A DNA stretch of 64,000 bases from Eubacteriales bacterium. GTDB lineage: Bacteria; Bacillota; Clostridia; Oscillospirales; CAG-272. Positions 20,362 through 27,215 of this stretch are shown here, piece after piece. Made by a program: the position numbers and the translations under genes. The DNA lies in NCBI GenBank assembly GCA_045542275.1, contig JAZQKP010000031.1:41820-105819 (forward strand), read 5' to 3'. The notes beneath the pieces are model-generated. The model searched no databases and was not told the DNA's origin. It saw only the letters and a program-made list of their open reading frames with translations. How positions within the stretch are numbered: the first letter of the stretch is position 1; each line of letters begins with the position of its first letter.

Positions 20362-20390
20362 TTGAATTTCCGTTATGAAAGAATTATAAT
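20362..20390 (+). promoter_or_regulatory. Sigma-A type promoter for the mgtE leader
   Basis: TTGAAT (20362-20367), 17 nt, TATAAT (20385-20390). Confidence 0.5.
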
Positions 20391-20396
20391 GTTTAT

Positions 20397-20538
20397 GTAA
20401 TTTTTCTATAAAGGAGTTGAGCTTATGGACGCAGGTGCCAGTATTAATGTCCGAAGGTGTACAAAATTTAATATTTGCCCGTGCGTTTATATGCTATAAC
20501 GGGTATACACCTTCAAAAATATTTATTTGGAGGTAAGT
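20397..20538 (+). promoter_or_regulatory. Structured 5' leader of mgtE (possible Mg2+-responsive element; at best partial M-box resemblance)
   Basis: ~140 nt leader. A long imperfect hairpin spans 20453-20514 (GAAGGTGTA / TACACCTTC outer stem, TGCCCGT / ACGGGTA inner stem). The 3' arm ACACCTTC is complementary to the mgtE SD GGAGGT (20529-20534). No U-tract terminator is present. Confidence 0.4.
20425..20499 (+). CDS. Candidate 24-codon leader peptide (uORF) in the mgtE leader
   Basis: AAGGAG (20411-20416) lies 8 nt before ATG 20425. Translation MDAGASINVRRCTKFNICPCVYML, stop TAA 20497-20499. It is too short for the ORF track, and there is no homology evidence. Confidence 0.25.
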   Translation: MDAGASINVRRCTKFNICPCVYML

Positions 20539-21918
20539 ATGGAAAAGGAAATTATCACAAAAATTATCGATAATATTTCTGAATTAATCGATAATAAAAA
20601 TTTTTATGAAATTAAAAGTATTTTAAAAGAAATAGAACCTGCTGATATTGCCATTATTTTTGAAGAATTTCCCGAAAAAATCGGTCTTCTCTTCAGAATT
20701 TTGCCAAAGGATTTAGCAGCTGAGGCCTTTATCGAAATGAGTACTGAAAATCAAGAAACTCTTCTCTCCTCATTTACCGATAATGAGCTTAAGGAAATTC
20801 TTACAGAGCTTTATATTGACGATACCGTTGATATTATTGAGGAAATGCCTGCAAATGTAGTTAAAAGAATTCTTAATAACTCAGATGCTGATGTAAGAAA
20901 AACAATTAATGAAATTCTTAATTATCCAGAGGATTCTGCAGGTAGCATTATGACTACCGAGTATGTTAGTCTTGATGAGGATATTACGGTTGAGGATGCC
21001 TTAAAAAGAATTAAACGTACAGGTATTGATAAAGAAACAATCTATACCTGCTATGTTACAAAGCCTGACCGTACAATTTTAGGATATATTACCGCAAAAA
21101 CTCTTCTTCTTTCCGAAAATGATTGCATTATATCCGATATTATGGAAACAAATATCATTTTTGCAAGAACTACTGATGACAAAGAAAATGTAGCCTTGGA
21201 AATGAGTAAATATGACCTTCTTGCAATACCTGTTGTAGATAATGAAACACGTCTTGTAGGTATTATCACTGTCGATGATGCTATCGACGTTATGGAAGAA
21301 GAGGCTACTGAGGATATTGAAAAAATGGCAGCTATTATCCCTTCGGATAAGCCATATCTTAGTAATAGTGTGTTTGAAATATGGAGAAAACGTATTCCAT
21401 GGCTTCTGTTACTTATGATTTCTGCCACTTTTACAGGACAGATTATTTCTTCCTTTGAAGGAAAGCTTGCCGCTTGTACAATCCTTACTGCTTTTATCCC
21501 GATGCTTATGGATACTGCAGGAAATGCAGGTGGACAGTCCTCAGTAACTATTATTCGTGGTCTTGCTATCGAAGAAATCCGAATGAGAGATATTTTAAGA
21601 ATTCTCTTTAAAGAGCTAAGGGTTTCTCTACTTTGCGGTATTGCTCTTTCTGTTATTAATTTTGGCAAAATTATGCTTGTTGACAGACTTTTGTTCGGCA
21701 ATAATGAAATCACAGTTGAAATAGCATTCGCTATTTGTCTTACCTTACTATTTACAATTGTAGTTGCAAAGCTTGTTGGCTGCTCTCTCCCCATACTTGC
21801 AAAGCGTATAGGATTTGACCCTGCCGTAATGGCAAGTCCGTTCATTACAACAATTGTAGATGCTATTGCATTATTAATTTATTTTGCCATTGCTGTTACA
21901 GTAATTCCCGGTTTATAA
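20539..21918 (+). CDS. mgtE: Magnesium transporter MgtE
   Basis: ~459 aa with an MgtE N-domain, tandem CBS domains (LLAIPVVDNETRLVGIITVDD) and a C-terminal TM domain (DTAGNAGGQS). GGAGG lies 5 nt before ATG 20539. Confidence 0.9.
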   Translation: MEKEIITKIIDNISELIDNKNFYEIKSILKEIEPADIAIIFEEFPEKIGLLFRILPKDLAAEAFIEMSTENQETLLSSFTDNELKEILTELYIDDTVDIIEEMPANVVKRILNNSDADVRKTINEILNYPEDSAGSIMTTEYVSLDEDITVEDALKRIKRTGIDKETIYTCYVTKPDRTILGYITAKTLLLSENDCIISDIMETNIIFARTTDDKENVALEMSKYDLLAIPVVDNETRLVGIITVDDAIDVMEEEATEDIEKMAAIIPSDKPYLSNSVFEIWRKRIPWLLLLMISATFTGQIISSFEGKLAACTILTAFIPMLMDTAGNAGGQSSVTIIRGLAIEEIRMRDILRILFKELRVSLLCGIALSVINFGKIMLVDRLLFGNNEITVEIAFAICLTLLFTIVVAKLVGCSLPILAKRIGFDPAVMASPFITTIVDAIALLIYFAIAVTVIPGL

Positions 21919-21922
21919 AAAT

Positions 21923-21949
21923 GAGCTACTTTATCGGTAGCTCTTTTTT
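21923..21949 (+). terminator. Intrinsic terminator after mgtE
   Basis: GAGCTAC / GTAGCTC (21923-21929 / 21937-21943) followed by TTTTTT. Confidence 0.7.
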
Positions 21950-22004
21950 AACGCAAATTTTATTATGTCATATAATAGCAATAGGCATCTTTTAAGGAGG
22001 AAAT

Positions 22005-22220
22005 ATGTGTGTAGCATCGGTAAGGTCAATGACACATGCTCAAAAGGCGAAAAAAGCACTTGAAAAGCATTTAATTGAATGTGAAATTATTAAGCTGGAG
22101 CCTTATATGACTAAAAAAGGATGTGCATACGGTGTAAAATTCCAATGTGTAAACTTATATACTGCAAAGGATGCCTTAGATAAAAGCTCCGTGAAATATT
22201 CGGAAATAATAAGTTTATAA
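22005..22220 (+). CDS. DUF3343-like small protein (putative Se/S carrier-like)
   Basis: 71 aa. The pattern S..HAQKAKKALEKHLIECEIIKLEP....KGCAYGVKF.....AKDAL fits DUF3343 as I recall it. It lies immediately upstream of a class V PLP enzyme. Confidence 0.55.
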   Translation: MCVASVRSMTHAQKAKKALEKHLIECEIIKLEPYMTKKGCAYGVKFQCVNLYTAKDALDKSSVKYSEIISL

Positions 22221-22229
22221 GGAAAAGCT

Positions 22230-23366
22230 ATGATATATCTGGATAATGCTGCCACTACCTTTCCTAAGCCTGCTTCCGTTTCCGAAGAAATGAGCAGATG
22301 TATAATGAAATACTGTGGTAATCCCGGGAGAAGCGCACATAAGCTATCTCAAAGAAGCTCTGAAAAAATATATGAATGCCGCTTACTACTTGCTGAAATG
22401 TTTAACGCAGAGGCAGAAAACGTGGTATTCACTTACAATACCACATATGCTTTAAATATTGCGATTAAAGCTTTAATTAAGGATAAATCTCATATTCTTA
22501 TAAGTGATATTGAGCATAATTCGGTTTTGAGGCCTGTACACGTATTAAAATTGACACATGGCTGCTCTTACAGCACTTTTTCCTCTACAGGAAATGACGA
22601 TGAAATTTTGGCTGATATTTTCGCTAAAATAAGAAGTGATACATCAGCTATTATATGCGCACATCAGTCCAATGTAGGTTGCAGACGATTGCCAATTGAC
22701 AAAATCGGTAAGCTATGTAGGGATAAAGGGATAAAATTTATTGTTGACGGTGCGCAAAGTGCAGGGCTTTATAAAATTGATGTTTCAAATATGAATATTG
22801 ACGCACTTTGTATACCCGGACATAAGTCACTTTACGGCCCCCAGGGTGTTGGTGTAGTAATTTTTAGTAATGATGAAATTGGAAAAACATTTATTGAGGG
22901 TGGTACAGGTATAAACTCTTTAGAGCTTGATATGCCCGATTTTTTGCCTGAAAGATATGAGGGTGGAACATTGTCAACCCCTGCAATTGTTGGGCTTTGT
23001 GAGGGCATTAAATGGGTTAATAGTATAGGTATTGATAAAATACGTATGCACGAAGAAGGCTTGTATACTCTTTTACTTGATTTGTTAAGTATAGATAATA
23101 GGATTACTACCTATCAAATGAATTCATATGCAGGAAATGCTCTGCTTTTTAATGTTGGTTCTCTTTCCTCAGCATATGTTGCCTCGGAGCTTAACAAAAG
23201 GGATATTTATGTAAGAAGTGGATATCAATGCTCCCCTTTAGCTCACAAAATTTTAAATACGGGAGAGGGTGGCGCTGTCCGTGTCAGCTTTGGAGTTTTC
23301 AATACTAAAAAGGATGTATATTCCTTGTATGAGGCTTTATGCGAAATTATTAAAAATAAAAAATAA
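22230..23366 (+). CDS. Cysteine desulfurase / selenocysteine lyase family (aminotransferase class V)
   Basis: 378 aa. MIYLDNAATTFPKP N-terminus, PLP-lysine context (CIPGHKSLYGPQGVG) and a C-terminal RSGYQCSPLAH active-site-like Cys. Confidence 0.8.
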   Translation: MIYLDNAATTFPKPASVSEEMSRCIMKYCGNPGRSAHKLSQRSSEKIYECRLLLAEMFNAEAENVVFTYNTTYALNIAIKALIKDKSHILISDIEHNSVLRPVHVLKLTHGCSYSTFSSTGNDDEILADIFAKIRSDTSAIICAHQSNVGCRRLPIDKIGKLCRDKGIKFIVDGAQSAGLYKIDVSNMNIDALCIPGHKSLYGPQGVGVVIFSNDEIGKTFIEGGTGINSLELDMPDFLPERYEGGTLSTPAIVGLCEGIKWVNSIGIDKIRMHEEGLYTLLLDLLSIDNRITTYQMNSYAGNALLFNVGSLSSAYVASELNKRDIYVRSGYQCSPLAHKILNTGEGGAVRVSFGVFNTKKDVYSLYEALCEIIKNKK

Positions 23367-23392
23367 TGGTGTCGAGCGACACCATTATTTTA
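23365..23392. terminator. Bidirectional terminator (desulfurase / rpe)
   Basis: AATGGTGTCG / CGACACCATT inverted repeat (23365-23374 / 23377-23386), flanked by A- and T-runs. Confidence 0.6.
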
Positions 23393-24046
23393 TTTTGTCT
23401 TTGACAATATTTCTTCAGCTGTAAGAGGCTTTTCCGCCTTAAAGAAGCCTGTTCCGAGTACGAATATGTTTGCACCTGCGTCAGATGCGATTTTTATGGT
23501 GCTATCATTGATACCGCCGTCAACCTGAATATCTAGCTCCTTGCCGATTGAATCTGCGTATTCTCTGACCTTACGCACCTTTACCATTGTATCCTCCATA
23601 AATTTTTGACCGCCAAAGCCCGGCTCAACAGTCATAACAAGAACCATATCAATATCCTTGATGTAAGGATACAAAACCTCAGCATCGGTTTTAGGCTTTA
23701 TAGATATACCAACCTTCTTGCCTAAGCTTTTTATTTTGGCAATCGCCTTCAAAATACGTTCATTATCAAGGGCTTCATAATGGAATGTTAAAATATCAGC
23801 GCCACACCTAATGAATTCATCAATATATATATCTGGCTCCACTATCATAGCATGTACGTCAAGCACAAGACTTGTACATTTTCTGACTGCTGATATAATA
23901 GGCATACCAAAGCTTATATTAGGAACAAATCTACCGTCCATAATATCAATATGTACGTATTTAGCGCCTGAATTTTCTACCTTTTTAATCTCATTACCAA
24001 GATTAAGCATATCTGATGCCAAAATTGAAGGGGAAATATGTTTCAT
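23390..24046 (-). CDS. rpe: Ribulose-phosphate 3-epimerase
   Basis: MKHISPSILASDMLNLGNEIKKVENSGAKYVHIDIMDGRFVPNISFG is canonical Rpe. AGAGG lies 6 nt before ATG 24046, which is internal to the ORF-track start at 24082. Confidence 0.9.
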   Translation of the reverse strand: MKHISPSILASDMLNLGNEIKKVENSGAKYVHIDIMDGRFVPNISFGMPIISAVRKCTSLVLDVHAMIVEPDIYIDEFIRCGADILTFHYEALDNERILKAIAKIKSLGKKVGISIKPKTDAEVLYPYIKDIDMVLVMTVEPGFGGQKFMEDTMVKVRKVREYADSIGKELDIQVDGGINDSTIKIASDAGANIFVLGTGFFKAEKPLTAEEILSKTK

Positions 24047-24172
24047 AGTAACCTCTTGTAGTATTTTGTATTTTAATGTCAAAAAAGCCTTAAAATCATA
24101 ATATAATATAAGAAGGCTCAGAATAAGGGGTGAGAAAGGAAGTTAAAATAAAGGTTGTGTGATAATGAAATC

Positions 24173-24649
24173 TCATTCCTTATTCTTTAATAGGCATACA
24201 GAATGGGCTGCAATTCCCTCTTTATTTCCTGTAAAGCCAAGCTTTTCCTCCGTTGTAGCCTTTACATTGATTAAATCAACAGAAATATCAAGTGTATTAG
24301 CTAAAGTTTCTCTCATCGTTTGAATATGAACAGCCATCTTAGGTGCTTGAGCAATTATTGTGCAATCAATATACTCAATTGCAAGTCCCTTTGATGAAAT
24401 AATATCGTTAACTCTTTTAAGAAGCAGCTTGCTATCAATATTTTTGTACGCAGGATCATTATCAGGAAAAAGATTGCCAATATCCTTCTCTCCCGCAGCA
24501 CCAAGCAATGCGTCGCATATTGCGTGAATCAGCACATCGCCGTCGGAGTGAGCAAGAAATTTCTTTTCGTATGGAATCCTTACTCCACCGATAACTACAT
24601 AATCGCCTTCTGTAAAGCGATGAACATCATATCCATGACCAATTCTCAT
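24173..24649 (-). CDS. ispF: 2-C-methyl-D-erythritol 2,4-cyclodiphosphate synthase
   Basis: [12 protein letters not shown]...[19 protein letters not shown] is the canonical IspF signature. Confidence 0.95.
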   Translation of the reverse strand: MRIGHGYDVHRFTEGDYVVIGGVRIPYEKKFLAHSDGDVLIHAICDALLGAAGEKDIGNLFPDNDPAYKNIDSKLLLKRVNDIISSKGLAIEYIDCTIIAQAPKMAVHIQTMRETLANTLDISVDLINVKATTEEKLGFTGNKEGIAAHSVCLLKNKE

Positions 24650-25395
24650 ATACCGGCACTCGCTCTCTTGGAAAGAATATACTCAGCATACTGAATATCA
24701 TCCTTTACAGTAATTTTTATATTTTCCTTACCTGTATCAACTAGCTTAACACGGAAGCCTGCCTTTTCCGCAAGCATACAGTCGTCTGTAACCTGAATAT
24801 TTTTCTGACGTGCATTATAAGCGCTTGCCTTATATGTTTTTGTTTCAAATGCCTGAGGTGTCTGTACACTCCAAACGTTTTCTCTATCAAGGGTGCGTTT
24901 AACAAAATCGTTTTCATCTACCCATTTAACAGTATCTGTTGTTCTGCAAGCGGCAGATGCGGCATTATATTCAACTGCTTTTTTAAGAACAGCCTCAATA
25001 ATTTCTTCAGTAACAAGGCAACGTGCGCCGTCGTGGAACATAACATATTTTGTTTTTTCAGAAATATGACGGAAGCCTCTGAAGGCTGAATTCTGTCTTG
25101 TATCGCCACCTACTACAATGCATCTGATTTTTTTAAAATCATTTACAACTATAAGCTCCTTATATTTTTGTAAATCCTCTTTGCGAACTACAAGAATGAT
25201 TTCTTTAATAGCCTTACTTTTTTCAAAAACAGAAATAGTTCTCTCAGCAACACCCTTACCAAGTACCTGAGCCATCTGTTTATTTTCGGAGCCCTTACCA
25301 AATCTTGTGGAATTGCCTGCGCAAAGTATTACAGCGGATGTATATCCGGATTTCATGCTATCAAATGCTTTCGCAACTTTAGAAAATAATCCCAT
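24646..25395 (-). CDS. ispD: 2-C-methyl-D-erythritol 4-phosphate cytidylyltransferase
   Basis: 249 aa. [23 protein letters not shown]. There is a 4-nt overlap with ispF. Confidence 0.9.
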   Translation of the reverse strand: MGLFSKVAKAFDSMKSGYTSAVILCAGNSTRFGKGSENKQMAQVLGKGVAERTISVFEKSKAIKEIILVVRKEDLQKYKELIVVNDFKKIRCIVVGGDTRQNSAFRGFRHISEKTKYVMFHDGARCLVTEEIIEAVLKKAVEYNAASAACRTTDTVKWVDENDFVKRTLDRENVWSVQTPQAFETKTYKASAYNARQKNIQVTDDCMLAEKAGFRVKLVDTGKENIKITVKDDIQYAEYILSKRASAGI

Positions 25396-25502
25396 AATTA
25401 CCTCCTTAAAGAAAATATCTATGTAAATTAGTCGTATTTACTCTTATTATATAATCATATATTATTTTATCATACTTTGTCAAGAATTTAAATAGAAAAA
25501 TG

Positions 25503-25536
25503 TAAAAAATAAAAAAGAGCCAGTAGCTGACTCTTA
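25503..25536 (-). terminator. Probable terminator after the BlaI-family gene
   Basis: On the minus strand: AAGAG..CTCTT stem (25535-25531 / 25519-25515) followed by TTTTTATTTTTT. Confidence 0.45.
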
Positions 25537-25629
25537 TTATTTCTTTTTAGGAGATTCGCACATTTGATGAAGAGGAATCACTGTATATTCACCTTCATCA
25601 AATTCGAATCCTTGATGCCGAATTATTCA

Positions 25630-26007
25630 TTAATACTGCTCCTGAAGCCATTTAAGCATTTTATCAAGCTCATCATTTGGGAGAGAGCCGTTACCGTAAA
25701 GTAAATCAAGCATTTTAACAAATGAACCCTCATGGTATCTGTCAAGAAAATCTACTGTGACTGATTTTATATAATCGTTCTTTACAGCATCAACATAATA
25801 ATATCTCTCTTTACCCTTCTTCTCAGAATGAATAAATCCTCTGTCCTCAAGGCGAGTAAGGAATGAAATAAGCGTAGGAGCCTTCCAGCCCTTTGCTTTT
25901 CCGACATTCTCCATAAGATACGCTGTGTTAACCGGATAGGAACGGCTGTTCCAGAGTGCGACCATCACATCGAACTCAGCCTCCGGCAGCTTCTTAGAAT
26001 TGTCCAT
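25630..26007 (-). CDS. BlaI/MecI/CopY family winged-helix transcriptional repressor
   Basis: 125 aa. LPEAEFDVMVALWN......TAYLMENVG..KGWKAPTLISFLTRLEDRGFI...KGKERYYY fits Penicillinase_R family architecture. Confidence 0.8.
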   Translation of the reverse strand: MDNSKKLPEAEFDVMVALWNSRSYPVNTAYLMENVGKAKGWKAPTLISFLTRLEDRGFIHSEKKGKERYYYVDAVKNDYIKSVTVDFLDRYHEGSFVKMLDLLYGNGSLPNDELDKMLKWLQEQY

Positions 26008-26041
26008 ATTCTTACCCCTTCTTTTGTTGTGACGCTATTCT

Positions 26042-26070
26042 ATTATACACTTGTCTAATTTGTTTGTCAA
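26042..26070 (-). promoter_or_regulatory. Sigma-A promoter of the BlaI-family gene with an overlapping cop-box-like dyad
   Basis: On the minus strand: TTGACA (26070-26065), 17 nt, TGTATAAT (TATAAT 26047-26042). The dyad GACAAGTGTA (26055-26046) matches TACAnnTGTA at 9 of 10 positions and overlaps the -10. Confidence 0.5.
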
Positions 26071-26092
26071 CATAAATTTTCATTTTTTCGAC

Positions 26093-26121
26093 AAAAAATT
26101 TGCACCGTTAAAAAACGGTGC
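26093..26121 (-). terminator. Intrinsic terminator after the carrier-protein gene
   Basis: GCACCGTT / AACGGTGC (26102-26109 / 26114-26121), with a T-run on the minus strand (A-run 26094-26099 on plus). Confidence 0.7.
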
Positions 26122-26135
26122 GAGGAGTGTTTAAA

Positions 26136-26363
26136 TTAGAAAGAAACTTTTCTTACTGTTACATCTGCAATATCGGAAATAAGCCTTAATTCCACAATTT
26201 CTTCATCGGGAATATGTATATCAAAGGTGTTCTCTACACTCATAATAATTTTCATAAGTGTCAAGGAATCAATGCCTATTTCTGTAAGAGCCATTTCTTC
26301 ATTTAAATCCTCTACCGCTATACCAAGATGGATAGAAATTATTCCAAGAATTTTGTCCAGCAT
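26136..26363 (-). CDS. Stand-alone acyl/peptidyl carrier protein (PP-binding domain)
   Basis: 75 aa. EIGIDSLTLMKIIMSVENTFDIHIPDEEI contains the carrier-protein DSL phosphopantetheine-attachment motif and helix pattern (ACP/DltC-like). A strong RBS AAGGGAGGG is present. Confidence 0.7.
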   Translation of the reverse strand: MLDKILGIISIHLGIAVEDLNEEMALTEIGIDSLTLMKIIMSVENTFDIHIPDEEIVELRLISDIADVTVRKVSF

Positions 26364-26388
26364 GTTAATCCCTCCCTTTTTTATTTTT

Positions 26389-26417
26389 ATTATAACTCAA
26401 TTTATTGGTTATTTCAA
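26389..26417 (-). promoter_or_regulatory. Sigma-A promoter of the carrier-protein gene
   Basis: On the minus strand: TTGAAA (26417-26412), 17 nt, TATAAT (26394-26389). Confidence 0.5.
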
Positions 26418-26425
26418 GTTTTTTC

Positions 26426-26454
26426 TTGACTTTATAACATATAGAATTTATAAT
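26426..26454 (+). promoter_or_regulatory. Sigma-A promoter of the ROK-like regulator gene
   Basis: TTGACT (26426-26431), 17 nt, TATAAT (26449-26454). Confidence 0.55.
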
Positions 26455-26470
26455 TTTATTGGGTGATGAT

Positions 26471-27184
26471 ATGAAGCATGAGGAAATGAGAAATCAAAAC
26501 GCAATTAACATATTTAATTCCGTCAAAATCGGAAAAACTAGCGTTGAAGAAATTATGAATGACACAGGACTTAGCCACGTAACAGTTAAGGATATTGGCA
26601 ATCTTTTGTGCGAAAATAAAATATTAATCTCTTATAAACAATTACATGAGGGCAAAGGAAGACCCACATATAATTATAAAATCAACAAAGAGCTATACTC
26701 TGTTTATATGCTTGAGGATAAGTATTCATATATTTTTATCGCTATGAATTACTGCGGTAATGTTATTTTAAGACACGATTATTGTAAAAGAACAAGCCTT
26801 ACATTTGAAGAAAACTTAAAACGTGCTTTAAATTCGATATTATTACGTCCTGACTATATAAGCTGTATTAACTTCTTTGCAGAATGTACCGATAAAACTG
26901 CTTCCCTACTTCCTAATGAAATTATAAGGATTAATAAAGAAGAATTTATAACAAAAACAGTTTCTCATAAAAATAAAACAGTAATTATAGAATTTTCTGA
27001 CAGGTGTTACCTCTCTCTTTACGGTCATATTCATAATACAAATGCAAAAATAAAGGGTATTGAAAGAGTTATTAAGTGTGATGAAATCATAAGCTATAAA
27101 AAGGACTGTATTAAAGGCATTTTTGACGCACTTGAAAATGCGACCCTTTCAAAAATGGAAGAACTAATATTGAATTTAGAATAA
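26471..27184 (+). CDS. Winged-HTH protein resembling a shortened, degenerate ROK-family (NagC/XylR-type) regulator
   Basis: ~237 aa. The N-terminus (RNQNAINIFNSVKIGKTSVEEIMNDTGLSHVTVKDIGNLLCENKIL...GKGRPTYNYKIN) has the ROK-repressor wHTH layout. The following region is about half normal length and lacks a DxGxT ATP motif. Confidence 0.45.
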   Translation: MKHEEMRNQNAINIFNSVKIGKTSVEEIMNDTGLSHVTVKDIGNLLCENKILISYKQLHEGKGRPTYNYKINKELYSVYMLEDKYSYIFIAMNYCGNVILRHDYCKRTSLTFEENLKRALNSILLRPDYISCINFFAECTDKTASLLPNEIIRINKEEFITKTVSHKNKTVIIEFSDRCYLSLYGHIHNTNAKIKGIERVIKCDEIISYKKDCIKGIFDALENATLSKMEELILNLE

Positions 27185-27214
27185 AAAAGACCACTCAACG
27201 GGTGGTCTTTTTTA
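27183..27214. terminator. Bidirectional terminator (ROK-like gene / polC)
   Basis: AGACCAC / GTGGTCT (27188-27194 / 27202-27208), flanked by AAAAAA and TTTTTT. Confidence 0.7.
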
Positions 27215-27215
27215 T

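Noticed and set aside
21051-21845. A 264-aa ORF antisense to mgtE. Similar long antisense ORFs occur at 5792-6385 in yebC, 8779-9273 in the prs-like gene, 12942-13277 in mutS2, 38417-38906 in tsf, 39135-39632 in rpsB, 57153-57827 in spoIVB and 59029-59505 in icd.
   Set aside because: Each lies entirely inside a well-supported gene on the other strand. Each has low-complexity S/I/L/F-rich composition, as expected from reverse-reading biased codons. None has an RBS. They are frame artefacts, not overlapping genes.
25537-25629. A possible decayed blaR1 remnant or small ORF downstream of the BlaI-family gene.
   Set aside because: Only 6-14-codon ORFs without an RBS are present (for example MNNSASRIRI). 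Nothing resembles a BlaR1 N-terminus, so I cannot support a pseudogene call by eye.
26414-26429. Perfect inverted repeat TCAAG-N6-CTTGA between the carrier-protein and ROK-like genes, as a possible operator.
   Set aside because: It is the automatic consequence of two back-to-back -35 hexamers (TTGAAA on the minus strand, TTGACT on the plus strand). It is not independent evidence for a binding site, though a regulator could exploit it.
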